Positions 31,415-41,289 of a DNA stretch of 64,000 bases are shown one piece after another. Each line of letters begins with the position of its first letter. Position 1 is the first letter of the stretch. The stretch comes from an uncultured Alphaproteobacteria bacterium. Lineage in GTDB: Bacteria > Pseudomonadota > Alphaproteobacteria > Rs-D84. The notes under the pieces were generated by a model, which worked only from the letters and a program-made list of their open reading frames with translations, was not told the DNA's origin and made no database searches. The DNA lies in assembly GCA_951801825.1 (NCBI GenBank), contig CATOOF010000001.1, positions 200,936 to 264,935 of the forward strand, written 5' to 3'. A program made the position numbers and the translations under genes.

Positions 31415-31429
31415 ATAGGAAAAAGTATA

Positions 31430-31458
31430 AAAAAAGGCCGGCATTTACCGGCCTTTTT
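31430..31458. terminator. Bidirectional rho-independent terminator between ychF and dnaG
   Basis: Hairpin aaaggccggc-attta-ccggccttttt. Confidence 0.55.
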
Positions 31459-31461
31459 GCA

Positions 31462-33075
31462 TTATATTACAACCAGCATTTCCTGTTTCGAACGAACCTT
31501 TTCCATGTCTTTATCGATTGCCTCAATCTTGTCACGAACATCCGCACCGTTTAACATTTGAACCATATATTCTTTTTTATCCGCAATCAGTTTTTCCATG
31601 TATTTTTGCAGTTTCAGCGAAACAATATATCTCTCGGCGGTAACGGCGTCCATCTGCATCTGGGGGACCGTCGCATCAAAGTCAATATTGAGCGTTCCCA
31701 GAAAATCACCATGACGTTCAACCAGTTCCGGAAAACTATTGACTATGTTAATCAGCGTTGCACGGGTTATATCGTTGACCTCTGGTATTTCGACGTTGAT
31801 TTCTTTTTTCTTGCGGGTCCACCGGCTCCACTGGTTAAACTTACGCGATGCATATTCCTTGTCGTATGCACGCCGCAGGTTTTCATCCTTTATTTTTGCA
31901 ATCTCGGCTGATAAAAATTTTTCGGCACGTGATTGTCCGCCGGGCGTGGACGTCACATAATTTTTATTTGCTATTTCCCACAGAAAATCTGTTAAATCGG
32001 TGGCGCCGTCGATTATTTTGCGCATGGCGTCAGGGCCGCCGGACTTTAAAACCTCGTCCGGATCTTTTCCGCCCGATACGAATGCAAACCGCACGTCGGA
32101 TGTGTCGCGCAGAAACGGCATAACGATTGACGCCGCGCGTGCGGCCGCCTTTTGCCCGGCCCCGTCGCCGTCAAAGCAAAATGTTATGTTTCTGTTTGAT
32201 TTGCAAAGCAGTGCGATATGATCCTCGGTCAGGGCGGTTCCCAATGGGGCCACTGTTTCGCCAAATCCGTGGCATTGCATTTGTATTGCATCAATCTGGC
32301 CTTCGACAACAATGCTGCGTCCGGCGCGGTATATTGCATCGCGTGCGAAATTCAGTCCGAAAACAGTTGCGCGCTTGTGAAACATTTCGGTATCGGTGGT
32401 GTTTATATATTTTGGTTCCGAACCGTCCATACTGCGTCCGGAAAAAGCAACAATCTGGCCGCGTACATTGAAAATGGGAAACATCAGTTTATCGCGAAAG
32501 AAATCATACAACCCGAAATTTCCGCGCCGGCACAAACCTGTTGCAATCAGGTTTTCCTGTTTTGCATTTGCAAAATTATTTGCAATCAGATTGTTTTTAG
32601 GTGCGTAACCTATCCGGTATTTTTTTATCATATCATCTGTAAAACCGCGCCCCCGGATATATTCCAGTGCGGCCGCGCCTGCGGGTTCAAACAGATTTTT
32701 CTGGAAAAGTGCCGTCGCCTTTTCCGTTATATCCAGATAAGATTCTTCGCGGGCGACAACTTTTGGGTCGCGCGGTTTGTAGTCGGGCATCTTCAATCCC
32801 GCCTGCGCGGCCAGTTCCGTAATTGCGTCACGGAATTCCATGTTGTTTGTTTTCATCGTAAACGAGATGATGTCGCCGTGTTCCCCGCATCCGAAACAGT
32901 GATAAAATCCTTTTTCCTCGTTTACGGAAAAGCTGGGTGTTTTTTCATTATGAAACGGACAGCATCCCCAATAGTTTTGTCCCTTTCGGGAAAGCGGGAC
33001 GCGTCGCCCCACAACATCCACGATGGAGAGTCGCATGCGCAGTTCATCGGTAAAGTTGCGGTCAAATGATGCCAT
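31462..33075 (-). CDS. dnaG: DNA primase
   Basis: Zinc-binding CPFHNEKTPSF...CFGCG and a TOPRIM domain (EGQIDA). Confidence 0.85.
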   Translation of the reverse strand: MASFDRNFTDELRMRLSIVDVVGRRVPLSRKGQNYWGCCPFHNEKTPSFSVNEEKGFYHCFGCGEHGDIISFTMKTNNMEFRDAITELAAQAGLKMPDYKPRDPKVVAREESYLDITEKATALFQKNLFEPAGAAALEYIRGRGFTDDMIKKYRIGYAPKNNLIANNFANAKQENLIATGLCRRGNFGLYDFFRDKLMFPIFNVRGQIVAFSGRSMDGSEPKYINTTDTEMFHKRATVFGLNFARDAIYRAGRSIVVEGQIDAIQMQCHGFGETVAPLGTALTEDHIALLCKSNRNITFCFDGDGAGQKAAARAASIVMPFLRDTSDVRFAFVSGGKDPDEVLKSGGPDAMRKIIDGATDLTDFLWEIANKNYVTSTPGGQSRAEKFLSAEIAKIKDENLRRAYDKEYASRKFNQWSRWTRKKKEINVEIPEVNDITRATLINIVNSFPELVERHGDFLGTLNIDFDATVPQMQMDAVTAERYIVSLKLQKYMEKLIADKKEYMVQMLNGADVRDKIEAIDKDMEKVRSKQEMLVVI

Positions 33076-35330
33076 TACTTCTTTTTCTTGGTCGCCGCCC
33101 GCCGTGCAGACGGCTTTTTATTGTTAATCAGTTCGGCGGCTGTTTCCAAGTCTGGCTGTGACTTTACGGAAACGTTTACCTTGTTTGAAGAAATGTATGC
33201 GCCGTATCGGCCGGTTGGATAAAAATAAATCATGTGGCCGGTGGCGGGGTTTTCGCCTATTTCAACAGGTTCCGGTTTTTTTGTATCCGCGCTCAGCAGT
33301 TCCTGGGCGATTTCCAATGTAATAGTTTCGGATGTGTGTTGTTTTGCCGATGCATTCTTTTTTCCGTCTGTTACATACGGGCCGAAACGTCCTATTTTAA
33401 ATGATATGCCGCCGCCTAAATCGACCGATGTTCCGGCCTGTTTTTCTGTGCCGTCTGTCGGTGCATCGGCCCCCGTCAGGCGTTGTGTATAATTGCATTC
33501 GGGATAGTTCGCACATCCGACAAACGCCCCATACTTGGATAATTTTATCCCAAGCCGCCCGCCGCATTTTGGACATGTCCCGTCTGATTCGCCAAACAGA
33601 TGTGTATGCATGACATCATTAATAGCGTCGATTATTTCTGTTGTTTTTATTCCGCCGGCCGCGTCAATCATTGCGCTTGTCGGGGTCCAGAACGCGCTTA
33701 GCGATTTTGTCTTGTCGGCGCGTCCGTTTGAAACATCATCCAGCGTATCTTCTGTTTTTGCGGTAAAGTTGACATCCACCAGGTCTGTAAAATATTTCGC
33801 CAGATATGCCGCGATAACCCAGCCGCCGGGCGTGGGATGAAAGCGCCGCTGTTTGTCCTGTTCGACATAGTTTCTATCGACAATAGTCGACATGATTGCG
33901 GCGTATGTAGACGGGCGCCCTATTCCCAGCTCTTCAAGTTTTTTTACCAATGATGCCTCTGTATATCGTGCAGGCGGCTGGGTAAAATGTTGTTCCGGCG
34001 ACAGCGTTGTTATATCAATCTTGTCACCGACATTCATCACGGGCAGTTTGGATTCCGCGGCCCCGTCGTTGTCATCGCGGCCTTCTATATATACTTTCAT
34101 AAATCCGTCGAATGTGCGGGTTGTGCCCACTGCATGGAAAACGGCCGATTTGTTTTCTGTTTCAATATCGGCGGAAACACTGTCAAATTCGGCATTCGTC
34201 ATCTGGCATGCGATTGTGCGCTTCCATATCAGGTCATAAAGTTTTGCCTCGTCCCCGGCCAGTTCCGGCATCGCGCCGTCAAAATGCGTCGGACGGATAG
34301 CCTCGTGCGCCTCTTGGGCGTTTTTAGATTTTGTAACATATATGTTGGGTGATTTTGGAACAAATCGTTCACCGTATGTTCCGGCGATATACGTGCGTAT
34401 ATCGGCCACCGAATCCGCCGACAGGTTTGTTGCATCCGTACGCATGTATGTAATCAACCCCTGTTCGTATAGTTTTTGTGCGGCACCCATTGTTCGTTTT
34501 GATGAAAAATAGAGTTTGCGTGCCGCCTCTTGCTGCAGGGTTGATGTTGTAAACGGCGCGGCCGCGCGGCGTGATGTCTTTTTCTTTTCAATATTTATAA
34601 CAGATGCCTTGATAACAGGCTGGCCTATTGTTTTGATAATTTCATCCATCCGGGCCTGATTGGGGATAGACATTTTTTCTTGTTTTTCGCCGTTAAATTC
34701 GGACAGCATGGCAGAAAATGCATCCGTGGCATGCATGCATTGCGCCCCCAGGCTCCAGTACTCTGTTGGGCGAAAAGCCTCTATTTCGCGTTCGCGGTCC
34801 ACCACCAGTTTTACGGCCACAGACTGTACGCGGCCGGCGGATTTGCCCAAATTGCGGCGCCACAACAAGGGCGATATTCCAAAACCTATCAGGTAATCCA
34901 GGGCGCGTCGAACCAGGTATGCATCAACCAGATTCTGGTCGATTTCGCGCGGGTTTTGTATGGCCGCCTGAACGGCTTTTTTTGTAATTTCATGAAATGC
35001 AACGCGGTAAACTTTTTTCCCCGCCAGCAGTTTTTTGCCCTTTAATATATCAAGTATATGCCAGGCTATTGCCTCGCCCTCGCGGTCAGGGTCCGATGCC
35101 AGATAAATTGCATCGGCTTTCTTTACCTCGTCCGTAATCAGTTTTATCTGCTTTTCCTTTCCCGGCATAATCTGCCAGCGCATTGCAAAATTATTTTCTG
35201 TGTCCACACTGCCGTTTTCGGGAACCAAATCGCGCACGTGTCCCACCGATGCGATAACGCGCCACCCCGCGCCCAGGTATTTTCCGATAGTTTTTGCCTT
35301 TGACGGTGATTCGACGATAAGTAGGTTCAT
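33075..35330 (-). CDS. topA: DNA topoisomerase I
   Basis: Start MNLLIVESPSKAKTIGKYLG (TOPRIM). Active-site region and C-terminal zinc-ribbon repeats (CPKCGG...). Confidence 0.9.
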   Translation of the reverse strand: MNLLIVESPSKAKTIGKYLGAGWRVIASVGHVRDLVPENGSVDTENNFAMRWQIMPGKEKQIKLITDEVKKADAIYLASDPDREGEAIAWHILDILKGKKLLAGKKVYRVAFHEITKKAVQAAIQNPREIDQNLVDAYLVRRALDYLIGFGISPLLWRRNLGKSAGRVQSVAVKLVVDREREIEAFRPTEYWSLGAQCMHATDAFSAMLSEFNGEKQEKMSIPNQARMDEIIKTIGQPVIKASVINIEKKKTSRRAAAPFTTSTLQQEAARKLYFSSKRTMGAAQKLYEQGLITYMRTDATNLSADSVADIRTYIAGTYGERFVPKSPNIYVTKSKNAQEAHEAIRPTHFDGAMPELAGDEAKLYDLIWKRTIACQMTNAEFDSVSADIETENKSAVFHAVGTTRTFDGFMKVYIEGRDDNDGAAESKLPVMNVGDKIDITTLSPEQHFTQPPARYTEASLVKKLEELGIGRPSTYAAIMSTIVDRNYVEQDKQRRFHPTPGGWVIAAYLAKYFTDLVDVNFTAKTEDTLDDVSNGRADKTKSLSAFWTPTSAMIDAAGGIKTTEIIDAINDVMHTHLFGESDGTCPKCGGRLGIKLSKYGAFVGCANYPECNYTQRLTGADAPTDGTEKQAGTSVDLGGGISFKIGRFGPYVTDGKKNASAKQHTSETITLEIAQELLSADTKKPEPVEIGENPATGHMIYFYPTGRYGAYISSNKVNVSVKSQPDLETAAELINNKKPSARRAATKKKK

Positions 35331-35334
35331 GTTT

Positions 35335-36480
35335 TCAACTTCCCTTTGCAGATAATTGCTGGTCTTTATGAATGTGTGCATTCTGGGCCAGACCAAACCC
35401 GAACATCAGTGCGATAAGACTGCTGCCGCCGAATGACATCAAGGGCAGCGGCACGCCGACGGTCGGCATCAGTCCCAAAACCATAGAGATATTTATAAAA
35501 TAATAAATGAAAAAGTTCAACATAAAACCAAAGCAAATCAGTTGTCCGAATCTGTTCCTGCATGTTTTTGCACACCAAAACAAAACCATTATTATCATGC
35601 TGTAAAGTGCTATTAATCCAAATGCACCGATAAAGCCGAATTCCTCGCCAAGCATTGTGAATATAAAGTCTGTCTGTTTTTCCGGCAGGAAAGATTGCTG
35701 GGACTGGCTGCCCTTCATGTATCCCTTGCCGACAAGGCCGCCCGAACCAAATGCTATTTTTGCCTGATTAATCTGGTATCCGGCACCGCGTGCATCGTGG
35801 TCGGGGTTTACAAATGTTATTATGCGCTGGCGTTGGTATTCATGCAGGCCGCCAAACCATACCATTGGTGCTGCGCATACCGACAAAACGGCGCCAATCA
35901 TAAACCATTTCTTGTTTGCCCCCACGATATAGAAAACGCCAGTCGTAATCATCGCCAGTGACAGCGCCGTCCCCAAATCAGGCTGTGCTACAATCAGGCC
36001 AAACGGCACCAGCAGCATTGCCGCCGGAATCAGATAATTTTTAAACTGGGACAGTTCTACTGAATTCATCCATGCAAAATACCGCGCCAGCGCCAGTACC
36101 AATGCAATCTTGATAAGTTCTGATGGCTGAATATGTACAAACCCCAGGTTCAGCCATCGTTGCGCCCCCATTCCCGTATGACCGACAAATGTAACCAGTA
36201 TAATCATAATCAGCGCAATTGCATAAATTACATATGCTGATTTTATCCATGTTTTTATGTTTGAAAACGCGGCGACGAAAAATATGCCGAATCCAACCAT
36301 AATCTTGGCCGCCTGGGATAATGCAAATGGCCGCCATGCGCCGCCGCCGGCGGAATACAGCACAACGATTGATATGGCCAGCACAAGGCACATTGGCACG
36401 AACAGGGCCCATGAAAAACGCTCCAGCTTTTCAGAGAACGTCATCATGGATGCATTTGAAACGCGTGTCTGGCGTGCCAT
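35335..36480 (-). CDS. mrdB: Peptidoglycan glycosyltransferase RodA (SEDS family)
   Basis: Polytopic FtsW/RodA/SpoVE-family protein directly downstream of PBP2 and mreCD. Confidence 0.8.
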   Translation of the reverse strand: MARQTRVSNASMMTFSEKLERFSWALFVPMCLVLAISIVVLYSAGGGAWRPFALSQAAKIMVGFGIFFVAAFSNIKTWIKSAYVIYAIALIMIILVTFVGHTGMGAQRWLNLGFVHIQPSELIKIALVLALARYFAWMNSVELSQFKNYLIPAAMLLVPFGLIVAQPDLGTALSLAMITTGVFYIVGANKKWFMIGAVLSVCAAPMVWFGGLHEYQRQRIITFVNPDHDARGAGYQINQAKIAFGSGGLVGKGYMKGSQSQQSFLPEKQTDFIFTMLGEEFGFIGAFGLIALYSMIIMVLFWCAKTCRNRFGQLICFGFMLNFFIYYFINISMVLGLMPTVGVPLPLMSFGGSSLIALMFGFGLAQNAHIHKDQQLSAKGS

Positions 36481-36481
36481 T

Positions 36482-38257
36482 TTATTTTTCCCCTTTTAGC
36501 AGTGTGCGCATAACAGCCGCCGCCGTGCGTGCGGCCGGGCCGCTGCTGCCGCTGTGTTCGGTCACAATGCATACGGCGTATTTCGGGTTGTCCGTTGGTG
36601 CGTATCCCACAAACAAACCGTGGTTGCGCATATTCCAGCTTAGCTGTTCGTTGGTCAGAACGCCCGATGCGCGCTCTGCTTTTGAAATGCTGCGCACCTG
36701 GGATGTGCCGGTTTTGCCGCCCATCTTTTTTCCGCCAACGTTTATCGCCGAACCGGATGCAGTACCGCCGGGTTTGGTCACCTCATCCAATCCGCGAAAA
36801 ACATATCCGATGTTTTTTTTCTGCAGACCCAAATCCGGGAACATTGGTTTTGCATCAACCTTGATAAGTCTGGGCGACACCTCTTTGTTTGATGCCGCGC
36901 GTGCCATCATCACCGCCAGTTGCATACAGTTTGTCAGGATAAATCCCTGGCCGATACCGGATATGACCGTGTCGCCATGAACCCAGCGTGCGCCGACATT
37001 TTTCTCTTTCCATTTTCTGTCTGGAATAACGCCGGTCATCTGGCGTGCAAAAATGTCGGACATATATTCCTGGCTAAGCCCCAGTCGCAGTGCCATTGCC
37101 TTAATCGCATCAATTCCTATTTTCAGCGCCAGCTGGTAAAAATAAATGTCGCACGAATGTTTCAGTGCCCCGGCCAGGTCCATGTGTCCGTGACCCTTTG
37201 CCTCCCAACAGTGATATCGCCGGTCGCCGTAATCCCAGTGCCCGGGACAAAACACCTTGTCGCGGGGGGTAATCGCCCCGGCCTCTAATGCGGCCAGCGC
37301 AACAATAATTTTAAATGTGGAACCGGGCGGGTACAGGCCTTCAATGGGCTTGTTCATAAAAGGCTTTGCAAAATCAGCCCGCAGTCCCGCGATATATTCG
37401 TCCGCGTCATCGGCACTGAAAATATTGGGATCAAAACTGGGGGTTGATACCATAGCCAGAATGTCGCCCGTTTCAATGTCCAGTGCAACCCCGCATCCCG
37501 CGCGGCGTGATTCCAGTGCATCATACATTACACGCTGGGCGGCATCGTTTATGGTTGTTGGCACGTTTGCGCCAATTATTGGCGGTTCGTATTGTGACTT
37601 GTCCTCGCCGGTGACGCGGCCGACCGCGTTTGTAATCATTACCGTCTGGCCCGGTGTTCCGGCCAGGCTTTCGTTAAATCGTTTTTCCAGTCCGGTTACG
37701 CCCGCCGTAAAAAACGGTGCCCCGGCCACCGGCTTGTCCGGAGAGCCCACATATCCGAAAATCTGCGCCCCGGCCGGGCCCATTTCATAAACACGTGCAA
37801 ATCCGTTTTCCACATGCAACCCCGCCAGGTTTTTTGCCTGCAACCCCGCCAGCCGGGCCCAGTTAGTATTTTCGCTGACTAAAACGGGCTGAAATTTTGG
37901 TTGCTTTTTTATTTTTGCACGAATGCGCTTGATTGTTTTTTCACGCAGCCCCAAATCCGCCGCAACAATTGATATCAGCGTATCCAGGTCGTCTGTTTCT
38001 TCGGGAACTATATAGATTCGATAAACGCGTGCATCGCGCGAAATAGGCGCACCATTTGCGGCCAGAATTTTACCCCTTTCCGGCATGTTTATCTGAATTC
38101 TGAAAGAATTGTTTTCACTTTTGCGTTTGTATGTGCGGTATCCGAAAACCTGCATCTGCAGCATGCGCAGCACCAGTGCCGACGTCAATACCGCCCCGGC
38201 CGTAAAGAACAGCGCCGATCTTCTGTCAAAAAGCCGCGAAACTTCGGTATCAATCAT
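36482..38257 (-). CDS. mrdA: Penicillin-binding protein 2 (elongasome transpeptidase)
   Basis: Transpeptidase motifs STFK, SxN and KTGT. N-terminal TM anchor. Located between mreD and rodA. Confidence 0.85.
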   Translation of the reverse strand: MIDTEVSRLFDRRSALFFTAGAVLTSALVLRMLQMQVFGYRTYKRKSENNSFRIQINMPERGKILAANGAPISRDARVYRIYIVPEETDDLDTLISIVAADLGLREKTIKRIRAKIKKQPKFQPVLVSENTNWARLAGLQAKNLAGLHVENGFARVYEMGPAGAQIFGYVGSPDKPVAGAPFFTAGVTGLEKRFNESLAGTPGQTVMITNAVGRVTGEDKSQYEPPIIGANVPTTINDAAQRVMYDALESRRAGCGVALDIETGDILAMVSTPSFDPNIFSADDADEYIAGLRADFAKPFMNKPIEGLYPPGSTFKIIVALAALEAGAITPRDKVFCPGHWDYGDRRYHCWEAKGHGHMDLAGALKHSCDIYFYQLALKIGIDAIKAMALRLGLSQEYMSDIFARQMTGVIPDRKWKEKNVGARWVHGDTVISGIGQGFILTNCMQLAVMMARAASNKEVSPRLIKVDAKPMFPDLGLQKKNIGYVFRGLDEVTKPGGTASGSAINVGGKKMGGKTGTSQVRSISKAERASGVLTNEQLSWNMRNHGLFVGYAPTDNPKYAVCIVTEHSGSSGPAARTAAAVMRTLLKGEK

Positions 38258-38708
38258 TTCGGACCTTTTTGATTAGCATAATAATTGGGAAATACATTGC
38301 ACATTCCCATATGATTGTCCATGCCATCCGAGATATGTTGGCAAAGTTTGTCATATGAGGTATGGATATAACCAGTACGGAAACTGCAAAGAATATTGCA
38401 AATGCCCCGCCGCCGTCGTTTTCCGCCCGGCCGATATCCATAAAGGACTGGAATCCATTTGCCGCATAGCATGCACAGTAAACCGATGTCCAGTACAGCA
38501 GTGTGTCCCCGCAATAGTCTATCAGAAAGCACATAATCACACCAAATGGCGCAAACCATGCGACAGGCTTTATAAACGTGCAAAAAAATATGGCTGTCAT
38601 CGCCAGCAGCCCGGCCGGATTCAGCCATGGCATCGCCGCCCGCCATAAAAACAGCGTCACCAGAAACGGGGTCGCCGTTCGGAAAAAATCAATTATTTTT
38701 TTGTGCAT
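38250..38708 (-). CDS. mreD: Rod shape-determining protein MreD
   Basis: Small polytopic membrane protein between mreC and mrdA. Confidence 0.6.
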   Translation of the reverse strand: MHKKIIDFFRTATPFLVTLFLWRAAMPWLNPAGLLAMTAIFFCTFIKPVAWFAPFGVIMCFLIDYCGDTLLYWTSVYCACYAANGFQSFMDIGRAENDGGGAFAIFFAVSVLVISIPHMTNFANISRMAWTIIWECAMYFPIIMLIKKVRND

Positions 38709-39564
38709 TTCCGTACCGCCCTGCGACATCAAATTTAAGTATCATTACGCGGGACAAATCCCCGGGCGACTTGATGCGTACGTCGGTGTCGTTTTCCATC
38801 ACGCCGACCATGATGCCGCTGGGCAGTATTCCGCTGATACCGCTGGTTACCAGTTTTATTCCAGCCGTTGGCTGAAATTCAGGATCGCTAAAAAATCCCA
38901 TTACGGGCCGCATGGCACCGGTTCCGCGCATAAATCCATAAACCTCTGACCCGACGACGCGTACGGCTATATTGGTTTCTGCATCATTTAATGCGCGCAC
39001 CCGTGCAAAATCCGGGGCCGCATCAATAACAATTCCGGCCATCATTCCGTCAAATGTAACCGCAACCTGGCCCGGTTCAATACCGTCGCGGGCCCCCTTG
39101 GATATAAAATAAGTATTGTGATGCATTGCCGCGTTGTCATGTACAACATCTGCGGCGACGGTACCGGGTCGTGCCCGTACAATGTCCAGTTCCCGGGCCA
39201 GTTTCTGGTTTTCCGATATGGCAATGTCGCATTCGTTCCCGCGTGCCTTATGCGCGGCCAGTTCCGCCCGCAGTTCTGCATTTTCGCGGCGCAGTCCGGA
39301 TAGTTCGCGCATATTCTGAATCAGGTTTCCGCCCGCCCTAAACGGCCATGTTAAAACATCGCCCACGGCCCCTGCGACCGGAACCACGACATGTGCCGCG
39401 GCATTCATTATTCTGTAATCTGGTTTTGCAACCATTATATATATGAAAAACACGGGCAACACGGCCGCCGCCGCCGCCGCTTTTGCAATCGAAAATACCC
39501 TGGATGTCAGCTTTTTGTGATTCATGTCGGGTGATACTTTAGCTCTTAAAAAGGCAACATTCAA
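38689..39564 (-). CDS. mreC: Rod shape-determining protein MreC
   Basis: N-terminal TM, a coiled coil (RENAELRAELAAHKARGNE) and a beta-rich C-domain. The start may be MNHKKL at 39525. Confidence 0.75.
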   Translation of the reverse strand: MNVAFLRAKVSPDMNHKKLTSRVFSIAKAAAAAAVLPVFFIYIMVAKPDYRIMNAAAHVVVPVAGAVGDVLTWPFRAGGNLIQNMRELSGLRRENAELRAELAAHKARGNECDIAISENQKLARELDIVRARPGTVAADVVHDNAAMHHNTYFISKGARDGIEPGQVAVTFDGMMAGIVIDAAPDFARVRALNDAETNIAVRVVGSEVYGFMRGTGAMRPVMGFFSDPEFQPTAGIKLVTSGISGILPSGIMVGVMENDTDVRIKSPGDLSRVMILKFDVAGRYGNAQKNN

Positions 39565-39659
39565 TAAAAACTTGATTTTTCATTTTATTATGTCAAAATA
39601 ACCCGGCAAATCCAAAGTGGCAAGGCATTGCCACCAGGAAAAAGTAAAAGGATAATAAA

Positions 39660-39863
39660 ATGCCAAAGTTGAAAACAAAGTCGTACTTGAAAAAGCGCGC
39701 ATCAATGACTGCGACCGGTAAAATCCGTGTTGCCAGAAATGCCCACAAGAAACTGTTGCGTAAGAAATCCGCGCGTGCAAACAACGCCGGTTCCAAACCG
39801 CAATATCTGAATGACAACATGGTCGGTCAGGCGAAAATCTTGGCCCCGTATGGTTTGAAATAA
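39660..39863 (+). CDS. rpmI: 50S ribosomal protein L35
   Basis: MPKLKTKSYLKKR...TATGKI signature. Confidence 0.85.
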   Translation: MPKLKTKSYLKKRASMTATGKIRVARNAHKKLLRKKSARANNAGSKPQYLNDNMVGQAKILAPYGLK

Positions 39864-39879
39864 TAGGGGGTAACAAAAA

Positions 39880-40248
39880 ATGGCAAGAGTAAAACGCGGA
39901 ACCACCGTAAAACAGAAACACAGCAAAATATTGGCACGTGCCAAGGGTTACCTGGGCCGTCATCATTCGACTTATCGTGCCGCGCGTGAAAAGACCGAGA
40001 AAGCGGGTCAGTACGCATACCGTGACCGTCGCGTTAAAAAGCGCGAATTCCGTGGTTTGTGGATTGTTCGTATCAATGCCGCATGCCGCATGAACGGCAT
40101 CAGCTATAGCCAGTTTATGTCGGGCTTGAAAAAGGCCGGTGTTGCGCTGGACCGTAAGGTTCTGGCCCAGATGGCGTATGACATGGATGCGAATTTCGCA
40201 AAATTGGTTGAAACAGCAAAACGATTTAACAGCGCCAAATCCAAATAA
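39880..40248 (+). CDS. rplT: 50S ribosomal protein L20
   Basis: [24 protein letters not shown] signature. Confidence 0.9.
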   Translation: MARVKRGTTVKQKHSKILARAKGYLGRHHSTYRAAREKTEKAGQYAYRDRRVKKREFRGLWIVRINAACRMNGISYSQFMSGLKKAGVALDRKVLAQMAYDMDANFAKLVETAKRFNSAKSK

Positions 40249-40283
40249 CGCTTGGCGGTGATTGATTGTTTTGTAATAATAAA

Positions 40284-40310
40284 AGCCGTCAAAGCGACGG
40301 CTTTTGTTTG
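40284..40310 (+). terminator. Terminator or attenuator hairpin between rplT and pheS
   Basis: Hairpin aaaagccgtc-aaag-cgacggcttttg plus T-run. Confidence 0.5.
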
Positions 40311-40325
40311 TTTTAAGGATAAGTT

Positions 40326-41273
40326 ATGCAGGAAAAAATAAAAAATATAGATTCATTGGATGAATTGCAGGCGTTGTATTCGTCGGTTTTTGGCAAAAAC
40401 GGCACTATGACGGCGCGTCTGCGTGATATGAAAAATATGGATAATGACGCGCGTGCGGCACTGAATGCGGAAAATATTGAATTACGAGAGCTGTTTAAAA
40501 AACGCCAGACAGAGCTGGAAAATGCGGCGCTGATGGCGCGTCTCGCCGGCGAGGGACTGGATGCAACATTGGATGCGGCGCCGGAAAATCGCGGTACAAT
40601 TCATCCGCTTAGCCGCGCCCTGGCAGAGGTTGCAAATATTCTTGAATCTTTTGGATATACAATGCACACCGGTCCTGAAATAGAGGATGACTGGCATAAC
40701 TTTACCGCCCTTAACACACCGGCGCATCATCCCGCGCGCGATATGCAGGATACGTTCTTTCTGCCAAACGGAAACGTTTTGCGCACCCAGACGTCGGCGA
40801 TACAAATTCGCGCAATGGAAAGTGACGGTGTGCCTATTAAAATGTTTGGCGTTGGCGCAACATACCGCAAGGAAATGGATGCAACCCACGGTCCAATGTT
40901 TGGCCAGATAGAGGGATTATACATTGACCGCGATGTCACAATGTCTGATTTGATTGGGGATATCCGTGCATTCTTGGCCCGCTTTTTTGAGGTTGATGAT
41001 GTGGAACTGCGCATTCGTCCGTCTTACTTTCCATTTACAGACCCCAGCATAGAAATAGATATGAAATTTCGTGGTGACCGCTGGTTGGAAATAATGGGCG
41101 CGGGTATGGTGCATCCGAACGTTTTGCGCAATTGCGGTGTTGATCCGGACCAGTATCAGGGATTTGCATTCGGATTCGGATGGGACCGGTTGGCGATGTT
41201 GAAATACGGCCTGCCTGATTTGCGTGAATTATATGGCAACGATGTGCGCTGGTTGCGTCGCTATGGTTTTTAA
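40326..41273 (+). CDS. pheS: Phenylalanine--tRNA ligase alpha subunit
   Basis: Class II motifs (FPFTDPSIEID, GFAFGFGWDRLAML). Confidence 0.9.
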   Translation: MQEKIKNIDSLDELQALYSSVFGKNGTMTARLRDMKNMDNDARAALNAENIELRELFKKRQTELENAALMARLAGEGLDATLDAAPENRGTIHPLSRALAEVANILESFGYTMHTGPEIEDDWHNFTALNTPAHHPARDMQDTFFLPNGNVLRTQTSAIQIRAMESDGVPIKMFGVGATYRKEMDATHGPMFGQIEGLYIDRDVTMSDLIGDIRAFLARFFEVDDVELRIRPSYFPFTDPSIEIDMKFRGDRWLEIMGAGMVHPNVLRNCGVDPDQYQGFAFGFGWDRLAMLKYGLPDLRELYGNDVRWLRRYGF

Positions 41274-41289
41274 TGCGGGGGAATAAAAG

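Noticed and set aside
36321-36980. 219-aa plus-strand ORF spanning the rodA/mrdA junction
   Set aside because: Antisense to two confidently called genes. No start context.
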